Shown here: positions 1 to 6,499 of the stretch, in pieces
Layout: each line of letters begins with the position of its first letter
Numbering within the stretch: the first letter of the stretch is position 1
Source: Okeania sp.
GTDB lineage: Bacteria; Cyanobacteriota; Cyanobacteriia; Cyanobacteriales; Microcoleaceae
Direction: 5' to 3'
DNA length: 32,000 bases
Assembly: GCF_035285525.1 (NCBI RefSeq)
Contig: NZ_JAYKGW010000090.1
Location: forward strand, 1-32,000
Made by a program: the position numbers and the translations under genes
The notes under the pieces: generated by a model
What the model was told of the DNA's origin: nothing
Databases searched by the model: none
Seen by the model: the letters and a program-made list of their open reading frames with translations, nothing else

Positions 1-215
1 TGTTACAGCCGGAAAGTAAGTTCTAATATATGGTAACACAACCATCCTGGTTGTTACAGCCGGAAAATAAGTTCTAAGATATGGTGACACAACCATCCTG
101 GTTGTTACAGCCGGAAAATAAGTTCTAAGATATGGTGACACAACCATCCTGGTTGTTACAGCCGGAAAATAAGTTCTAAGATATGGTAACACAACCATCC
201 TGGTTGTTACAGCCA
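1..215. repeat. 51-bp tandem repeat, about 4.2 units, running off the left window edge
   Basis: Unit TGTTACAGCCGGAAA(G/A)TAAGTTCTAA(T/G)ATATGGT(A/G)ACACAACCATCCTGGT restarts at 1, 52, 103, 154 and 205. Units differ by 1-3 substitutions. Each unit junction can fold (GTAACACAACCA / TGGTTGTTAC). Confidence 0.9.
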
Positions 216-230
216 GGATGGCTGTGTTAC
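186..230. repeat. Hairpin closing the tandem array (18-bp inverted repeat, one mismatch)
   Basis: GTAACACAACCATCCTGG (186-203) pairs with CCAGGATGGCTGTGTTAC (213-230) around a 9-nt loop. Confidence 0.85.
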
Positions 231-285
231 AAATAACTGTACCTTACCATCCTTAGAGGAAAAGCTGAATACTTACAAAAATAAT

Positions 286-376
286 CAGGACTTACGCATA
301 TACGAGACATATAGTGTTTAAAACTATTGTAGAATAGTTTTTTCACCCTACAGATAGTACCTTGGCGTAAGTCCTC
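286..376. mobile_element. MITE-like element, family with CAGGACTTACGC terminal inverted repeats
   Basis: CAGGACTTACGCA at the left end and GGCGTAAGTCCT at the right end. The internal sequence (TAGTGTTTAAAACTAT...) matches the copies at 25901 and 26259. Confidence 0.7.
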
Positions 377-399
377 ATAATAAATGAAGGAAAAAAATA

Positions 400-1539
400 A
401 TGTCTAATCAAAAAAGATCACCTAATCCTGTACGTTACTTCCTAGCTAGATTTAGTCATTTAACAAAACCCTTAGTTTGGGGACCAATTGGTGTTGCTGC
501 TCTAGTGCTATTATTTGCTTGGGAATTATCAGTTCACCCAGAATGGTTAGCCATTGAAGATGATGATAATGATGATTCAGTATCAAACGGTAATGCTATT
601 ACTGAAACTTTATCTCCGGAAGAAGCTTCTGTTATAAACGATATTGGTAATTCTTCAGTTTTAAAGAAAGAATTAGAAGCTGCTAAACAACAAGAAATTA
701 ATGCTCTACAAAATTTTCAGATTAATTTATTAGATAGATTAGAAGAAGAAAATGCCAAGAAATCTAATAAAGAGAAAAAAGCTACAAAACCTGAAGAATA
801 TATAGCTAAACCTCTGCCTAAAGTTAATATTTATGAAAGTAATAAAAGTCAAAATTTGTCTCCAAAAAATCAACCTCTGGTAAATAAGATCAATCTATTA
901 GAGCCGACAAATAAGGAGGCAATGAAGGAAAAACCAGTCAATGCTCTTCAAACTGCTATGGATAATTATCTAGGTTTGCAAACTAAATCTGAGTCTTCCT
1001 CGAATGATCAGTCTCAAACAAATAATATTAACCTCTCTCCCACAGAAATAAAGCCAAAGGATATTAAACCTTCTCCTTTTGTAAATATACCAAGATCGAA
1101 TATTTCTAAATCTCAAGAAACGAGTAATTTTAATTCCGTTTCCGAACCTATAAATGTTACTCCTCCAAAACCTTACTATACTGACTTATCAGGAGGAGTA
1201 AATCAGACAAATTCGACACATAATCCCACTAATTTACCAAGTTATAATTATTCTCTTCAAAGACAATCTACTAATCCAAATTTACCTCCATTAAATCCTG
1301 TTACACCTAATGGATTAATCAATAATCAAAATCAGATAAATGGAGTTAATAATTATTATGGTAATCAAGTATATACACAAAATCAACAACAACAATATAA
1401 TTATGGAGTTAATCCTAATCAAGTAAATCAAAACTTATCACAAACTCCTCAGAATAATCCTGATTCTACAAATAATAATAATTTTAATAATCGCGGATAT
1501 AGCCAACCTTGGAATAATCCTTTTAAAAATCAGAATTAA
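400..1539 (+). CDS. Hypothetical single-pass membrane protein with a long low-complexity N/Q/S/P-rich region
   Basis: 379-codon ORF with a purine-rich stretch (GAAGGAAAAAAA) just upstream of the ATG. One hydrophobic helix (WGPIGVAALVLLFAW) is followed by an acidic patch (EDDDNDD). The C-terminal ~120 aa are dominated by N, Q and Y. Confidence 0.7.
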   Translation: MSNQKRSPNPVRYFLARFSHLTKPLVWGPIGVAALVLLFAWELSVHPEWLAIEDDDNDDSVSNGNAITETLSPEEASVINDIGNSSVLKKELEAAKQQEINALQNFQINLLDRLEEENAKKSNKEKKATKPEEYIAKPLPKVNIYESNKSQNLSPKNQPLVNKINLLEPTNKEAMKEKPVNALQTAMDNYLGLQTKSESSSNDQSQTNNINLSPTEIKPKDIKPSPFVNIPRSNISKSQETSNFNSVSEPINVTPPKPYYTDLSGGVNQTNSTHNPTNLPSYNYSLQRQSTNPNLPPLNPVTPNGLINNQNQINGVNNYYGNQVYTQNQQQQYNYGVNPNQVNQNLSQTPQNNPDSTNNNNFNNRGYSQPWNNPFKNQN

Positions 1540-1553
1540 ATAAGGTTTCCTAA

Positions 1554-1853
1554 ATCTGTAAAAACTTTTAGATTTAATCAGCAAACCCTAAATAGATTGT
1601 CAGATTTGAGGATAAGGATTTAGTTTCCAAATCCCTTATGTGCTTGGGTTTGGAGACCAAACCCCTACAGTTTTTTCTCACCAATAATTTCTAATACCTA
1701 TATATATCTTTAAAATAGCATTTTCAAAGACTAAAAACTTTATCTGTAAAAACTTTTAGATTTAATCAGCAAACCCTAAATAGATTGTCAGATTTGAGGG
1801 TAGGGATTTAGTTCCCAAATCCCTTATGTGCTTGGGTTTGGAGACCAAACCCC
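1554..1853. repeat. Direct repeat pair of ~113 bp (1554-1666 and 1742-1853, spacing 188 bp)
   Basis: ATCTGTAAAAACTTTTAGATTTAATCAGCAAACCCTAAATAGATTGTCAGATTTGAGG...GGGTTTGGAGACCAAACCCC occurs twice with few changes. The ACTTTTAGATTTAATCAG core recurs near 18985 and 25665. Confidence 0.85.
1646..1676 (+). terminator. Candidate intrinsic terminator after the 400-1539 gene
   Basis: 8-bp stem GGGTTTGG/CCAAACCC with a 3-nt loop, then CTACAG and a TTTTTT run. It belongs to a dispersed hairpin family. Confidence 0.4.
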
Positions 1854-1882
1854 ACTAAATTTTATTGGAAAAATTATCGGGG

Positions 1883-3667
1883 TTATTTAAGATTATTATT
1901 GTTTAATTTAAGTAACTCATTCTGAATACATGATGTTGGTAATAATGCTATTTTTTTACTGTTTAATACAGTACAGCTTTCTAAAGTAGTTGATAAAGCA
2001 GGAATAATATTTTGTTTTAGTTGCTCAATAATTGAATCTGGTAAATTATACTGACGAATTAACTCTTTATCAGCTACATATCTAGGGTCAAAAGCATTCA
2101 GATCGAGTAACCAAAAATCAACTTCATAATTCTGAATAAAATTATTAACTTGTTCTGGTTTAGAGGTATATTGAGCCTGAATTAAATCTATAGCTTTTTG
2201 ACTAAATTGACTGTAATAACCGACATGATAAGGTAAGCTATATTCTTGAGCTACTAAAGTAGAACGTTGAGCAAAAGTAGGAATATTATTTGATTCCTTA
2301 GATATGGAAGCAATTAATGTATTTTTAGGTTGTGCTAATAAATATTTATATAATTCTATTTCTTTACCTTTAACGTAGGATTGATTATTGATAGTTAGGT
2401 CTTGAGAAAAAGGAATAAGACTCAATATTACTAATAATATAGTTGTACATCCGATAGATATTTTTTGTGAGAAAGTTAAACCTTTTTCTGACTCAGAAAT
2501 AATTTGCTTTAAATAATTATCCAGCCAAATTATTAAGGCAATACCAGCAGCTATTGCCATTGTTACTCGCATACTATGATAAATATATCTGTTGGGAAAA
2601 TGAAGATCAAATAAAAATATATGAGCTAGAAAAAATAATCCTATTGATGCTATAAAAATTTGACCTAATATTTCTACTTTTGTAGATACTTCTTTGGCTA
2701 GAGGAAATTTTTCTTTTTTGAGCAAAAAAGGTAATAGTAATGAACCTATAGCTAGTGGTGAAAATAATCCTAAAAATAAGATACCACTCCTCGGTCCTGT
2801 GAGCCAAAAAACTAAGGGGTTTTGATGAAAAAAGAATGCTCTCCCGTATTTACCATCAACATAATTGAAAATAGGTTGGATTTTGGCTGCGGTAGTAGTA
2901 ATAATTGGTCCGAACTCCGTAGCAGGTAATTTATATGGTAAAAGTATGATTGTGGCAGTTATTATTCCTCCCAACCAAAGCCAATAATTTAACTTGATTG
3001 AGGTAAATTTTAACCGTTTTTTATGATAGGAGAATAGTCGAATAGTGATGATAGTTAGTGATAATAAAACTGTGTGGGGATAAAAAATTGCTTGGAGAGC
3101 GATCGCTACCAAAACCGGAAATAAATAACCTTGGAGTAAGTAATATAAAAATGCTAAAAAAAGTGGATAGAAAAATGCCCTGGGAGTAGCAGAAACTAAG
3201 TCATCTTCCATCCATAAAGTTTGATTTAAAATGAATGAGCTAAAAAATCCCACAGCAGGAATTGGCAAAATTTGTAAACTGATTCCGAAGCAGTAAAATG
3301 TAGAAATTAATGCCAGAAATATTGGTAATAATTTACCTAAAAAAATTGGGTCGATACCTAGAGACGTAATTAACCAATAAAAAGTTTTATAACCCCAAGG
3401 TGCTACTGACTGAAAATAGTCAGCAATTAAGTCATTAGGGAATAATTCTGCATCTAAAAAACGACGCATCCAAAATATATGTTGTCGGGCATCATCTTGG
3501 ATTATATATTCAGTTTCAAAAGTGGCTTTTAGAGATTCAATACCATAAATTAATAGAACTGCTATGCTTAAACCTAACCAAAATATCCGGCTTCTAGTTA
3601 TTAGGTTTTGATGTAAGATTGATAAAAATTTAGTTATTTTTGATTTTAATATTAAAGGATTTGACAT
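1883..3667 (-). CDS. Polytopic integral membrane protein, possibly a GT-C-type glycosyltransferase
   Basis: 594-codon ORF with more than 10 hydrophobic segments. An acidic DD motif (YIIQDDARQH) sits in the first loop after TM1, as in GT-C enzymes. The C-terminal ~170 aa look soluble. The function is inference only. Confidence 0.75.
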   Translation of the reverse strand: MSNPLILKSKITKFLSILHQNLITRSRIFWLGLSIAVLLIYGIESLKATFETEYIIQDDARQHIFWMRRFLDAELFPNDLIADYFQSVAPWGYKTFYWLITSLGIDPIFLGKLLPIFLALISTFYCFGISLQILPIPAVGFFSSFILNQTLWMEDDLVSATPRAFFYPLFLAFLYYLLQGYLFPVLVAIALQAIFYPHTVLLSLTIITIRLFSYHKKRLKFTSIKLNYWLWLGGIITATIILLPYKLPATEFGPIITTTAAKIQPIFNYVDGKYGRAFFFHQNPLVFWLTGPRSGILFLGLFSPLAIGSLLLPFLLKKEKFPLAKEVSTKVEILGQIFIASIGLFFLAHIFLFDLHFPNRYIYHSMRVTMAIAAGIALIIWLDNYLKQIISESEKGLTFSQKISIGCTTILLVILSLIPFSQDLTINNQSYVKGKEIELYKYLLAQPKNTLIASISKESNNIPTFAQRSTLVAQEYSLPYHVGYYSQFSQKAIDLIQAQYTSKPEQVNNFIQNYEVDFWLLDLNAFDPRYVADKELIRQYNLPDSIIEQLKQNIIPALSTTLESCTVLNSKKIALLPTSCIQNELLKLNNNNLK

Positions 3668-3690
3668 ATTAAATTAGGTAGTAGAAAGTA

Positions 3691-4180
3691 GTAGACTGAC
3701 ACACCTTAAATGGTACAATAGGAAATGGGGTGATGGGGGGATGGGGTCACGAAAAAAGCGCTCTGCACTATTTTAGCTGAAACAATGTAGTAGTAGATTG
3801 ACACACCTTAAATGGTTCAATAGCTCTAGGTTGGGTTGAGGAACGAAACAAGGACAAAAATTTTGCTCCCCGACTTCCCGATTTCCCGACTTCCTAATGC
3901 ACAAAATTAGCTGTGTCAATCCAGTAGGAAGTGGTAGACTGACACACCTTAAATGGTGCAATAGATGTAGGTCCTTGTTGTTCCCGTTAGGGTTGCGGAG
4001 TATGGAACCCCGAAACCCAACAAAAATCTTTCTCTCCTACTCCCCCATTCCCCTACTCCCTAACGCACCAAATTTTTAGGTCGGTCAAGTAAGGTGTATT
4101 AGGGTCAGCGTTACGCACCAAATTTTTAGGTCAGTCAAGTAAGGTGTATTAGGGTCAGCCTAACGCACCAAATTTTTAGG
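3691..4180. mobile_element. Cluster of three abutting MITE-like elements plus a 50-51-bp tandem tail
   Basis: GTAGA(C/T)TGACACACCTTAAATGGTnCAATAG restarts at 3691, 3794 and 3934. TAACGCACCAAATTTTTAGGTC(G/A)GTCAAGTAAGGTGTATTAGGGTCAGC repeats at 4061, 4112 and 4161. A related copy lies at 13681. Confidence 0.7.
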
Positions 4181-4290
4181 TTATAAATTAGCATCTCTAG
4201 TAGAATGTTTTAGCAAATAATTAATTAGTGCTTTATAGAAGTGCGCCTAACGCACCCTACTAAACTTTTTACTTTTAACTTTTGAATTGA

Positions 4291-5469
4291 TTAACGAGAA
4301 GCTTTTCCTAACAATAATAACGCTACTCCAAGACCGATAAAATTTGGTAGCCATCCAGCCAAAAAAGGAGTTAAAACTTCTTTTTGCCCCATTGCTCCTG
4401 TCATAAAAGAAAGTAAATAATAGGTAAAAATAATTATCACACTAATACCAAAGCTAGTACCTCGATTAGAATTTCTATGAGGTCTAACTCCTAAAGACGC
4501 TCCTACCAAACCCATTACTAAACACACAAATGGTAAAGCCAATTTTTGTTGAATCCTAACCTGAGTTTTCACAACTTTTCGATAATTTCCACTGAGTCGC
4601 ATTAACTCTAAATACTCATAAGATTGAGCAATATTCATTTGTGTATAAGTACGTTTTTTTCCTGCTAAATCTAAAGGCGCTCTAGAAAGCTTTAATTGCT
4701 GATGGTCAAACTTAACAATATTACGATATGAACCATCTGAAGATACCAAATAAATAGTACCATTAAACAAATCCCAAATATTTTTTGTTGGATTCCAAGT
4801 TGCTGATTCAGAAGATACAATTTGCTCAACTCCATACTTAGAACGGTCTAAAATAGTTATACCTTTCATGTATTTACCATCAAACTTTTCGGCATAAAAT
4901 AACCGAGTAAGTGTATCATCTCGACTACCATCTGGTCGTCTAACTTTGCCAAATTCTGGGTAGAATATATTTTCCTCTTTGAAAGGAGGGTTGTCTTGCT
5001 CCAAAGTTTTTTCTAAGATGAGAGAGCTTTGATAGTTAGCATTAGGTACAATTACCTCATTGAGAGCAAAGGTCAAACCAGTTGCCATTAAACTAACTAT
5101 AACTGCCGGTATAATTATTCGCGATACACTAACACCACAGCTACGGAGAGCAACTATCTCACTATTACTAGACATCTCACTGTAAACCATCAGAGTGGCC
5201 AGTATCATTGCCATAGGTAATGCTAAAGCAATAAATTCTGGCATTTTTAAGAGAAATACTTGGATGGCAATGGAAATAGGTAGTCCAGATTCTGTAACTT
5301 TTCGGACTAACTCAAACATTGCTCCGACTGTGACACCAATAGATGAAAATAATCCGACACCAAAAATGAAAGGCCCAATTAATTCTGTGATGATGTAGCG
5401 ATCCATGACAGAAATTGTTGGTCCAAATATTGGGAGGGGAGATAAGGATTTTGAGGTAGTACGCTCCAT
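4291..5469 (-). CDS. LptF/LptG (YjgP/YjgQ) family permease
   Basis: MDRYIITELIGPFIFGVGLFSS...FELVRKV...LLKMPEFIALALPMAMILATLMVYSEMSSNSEIVALRSCGVS is the typical family N-terminus. A periplasmic middle domain and C-terminal TM helices follow. An alternative start is the ATG at 5406 (MDRYI). Confidence 0.85.
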   Translation of the reverse strand: MERTTSKSLSPLPIFGPTISVMDRYIITELIGPFIFGVGLFSSIGVTVGAMFELVRKVTESGLPISIAIQVFLLKMPEFIALALPMAMILATLMVYSEMSSNSEIVALRSCGVSVSRIIIPAVIVSLMATGLTFALNEVIVPNANYQSSLILEKTLEQDNPPFKEENIFYPEFGKVRRPDGSRDDTLTRLFYAEKFDGKYMKGITILDRSKYGVEQIVSSESATWNPTKNIWDLFNGTIYLVSSDGSYRNIVKFDHQQLKLSRAPLDLAGKKRTYTQMNIAQSYEYLELMRLSGNYRKVVKTQVRIQQKLALPFVCLVMGLVGASLGVRPHRNSNRGTSFGISVIIIFTYYLLSFMTGAMGQKEVLTPFLAGWLPNFIGLGVALLLLGKASR

Positions 5470-5568
5470 ATTCTTTAGATTTAGGGTTGAATCTACAATT
5501 GCAGAATTGACTATTAGTTAGCTTTTAATTCTATCCTTTATTAAATATATGTTTGAGGATGTTATTTA

Positions 5569-5664
5569 AGGTTAGCTTAATTTCAATCCTATGTTTCTAG
5601 TACAATGGTGCTTAAAACTAGGTTGCAATAGTTTTATATATATAGTACCTTTGCGTAAGTCCTG
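5569..5664. mobile_element. Degenerate copy of the CAGGACTTACGC MITE family
   Basis: The right half, GGTGCTTAAAACTAGG...TATAGTACCTTTGCGTAAGTCCTG, matches the copies at 25901 and 26259. The left end is eroded. Confidence 0.4.
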
Positions 5665-5852
5665 TTTATATTAAATCTGCTATAATTATGAGAAATAACT
5701 ATTCAAAAAAATGATTACTGAAATTATAAATATCAAAAAATTAAACAGTGATCGCCTTACCATTCTATCAAGTCCGCTAGCATCAGTTTTATTCAGCATT
5801 TACAGCCAAGTAGCGATAGCACATCCGTTCCGTTTCGCGATCGCTTCTTTTC

Positions 5853-6098
5853 ATGCTTATTGATGTTTAATTCATCTATTGACCAATAGTAATTAAATGG
5901 GAAATACAATCAAATTTTGCGATCAATTACCACAAAAATACCAAGCAAATCCATTATTTATGAGATTTTGATCAATCCAAGGAAAGTAGGGATATAAGCT
6001 CTGTTCGGCTTTGCCACACACTATTTACGCAACCACTCATTGTCATCTTATTGATGTATGATTCATCTATTGGCCAATAGTAATTAAATGGGAAATTA
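5853..6098. repeat. Two copies of a ~55-bp sequence (5853-5907, 6044-6098) containing a CTATTGRCCAATAG palindrome
   Basis: CTTATTGATGT(T/A)T(A/G)ATTCATCTATTG(A/G)CCAATAGTAATTAAATGGGAAAT occurs twice, 191 bp apart. The palindromes sit at 5876-5889 and 6067-6080. Confidence 0.8.
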
Positions 6099-6110
6099 CA
6101 GTAATGAGTG

Positions 6111-6156
6111 GTAACACAACCTTCCAAGTTATTACAGCAAACGAAGGCTGTGTTAC
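6111..6156. repeat. Palindromic element related to the hairpin at 186-230
   Basis: GTAACACAACCTTC (6111-6124) pairs with GAAGGCTGTGTTAC (6143-6156). The GTAACACAACC/GGCTGTGTTAC ends match those at 186-230. Confidence 0.7.
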
Positions 6157-6230
6157 TCTGGATAGAGATTAATCTTCAACTGTACTTCACTATGCTCAAA
6201 AGTGCGGTAAGTTCAACTATCATTAATACA

Positions 6231-6320
6231 CAGGACTTAGCGATTAACGCTATGGGCAGGGTGTGTTAGCGCCAGTGAACGCGCCAATAGTCTATATGTA
6301 GTGCCTTAACGTAAGTCCTG
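6231..6320. mobile_element. MITE-like element, CAGGACTTA...TAAGTCCTG family (variant core)
   Basis: CAGGACTTAGCGATTAACGCTATGGG...GTGCCTTAACGTAAGTCCTG. The core is related to the copy at 30979-31134. Confidence 0.65.
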
Positions 6321-6454
6321 ATACAAAAAGACGGCATAGATAATTTAGTTATCTAAAGATGACTTAAGCTAAAAGCCCACGGATTTCAATGCTTGGCGAG
6401 AATAGTTAGGAAAAACAGGAAACTGGGGAATTATAGAGAGGATAGTCAGAAGAA

Positions 6455-6483
6455 TTGTCCCTTAATTTTTCTGCCATTATTCT
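6455..6483 (+). promoter_or_regulatory. Candidate sigma70-type promoter of HEAT cassette 1
   Basis: TTGTCC (6455-6460), a 17-nt spacer, then TATTCT (6478-6483). This lies inside a ~100-bp leader (6400-6499) conserved upstream of cassette 2. The SD GAGGAGG is at 6489-6495. Confidence 0.3.
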
Positions 6484-6499
6484 GGTTTGAGGAGGAAGT

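Noticed and set aside
1-204. Minus-strand open frame through the 51-bp repeat (first ATG near 199, running off the window)
   Set aside because: The frame is open only because the period is divisible by 3. A TAA closes it just upstream, the units form strong hairpins typical of non-coding elements, and no RBS is visible. This cannot be fully excluded without sequence left of the window.
1-215. CRISPR array interpretation of the 51-bp tandem repeat
   Set aside because: The whole 51-bp unit repeats with only point differences. There are no unique spacers between conserved repeats and no cas genes in the window.
3773-4079. ORFs 3773-3961 (-) and 3897-4079 (+)
   Set aside because: They lie entirely within stacked MITE copies and heptamer tracts, have no RBS, and give peptides of repeat-derived low-complexity sequence.
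5711-5863. 50-codon ORF (MITEIINIKKLNSDRL...FHAY) in the 5.5-6.5 kb spacer
   Set aside because: It has no SD and no recognisable motif. Its 3' end runs into the duplicated 55-bp repeat. It is too short to call without expression or conservation data.
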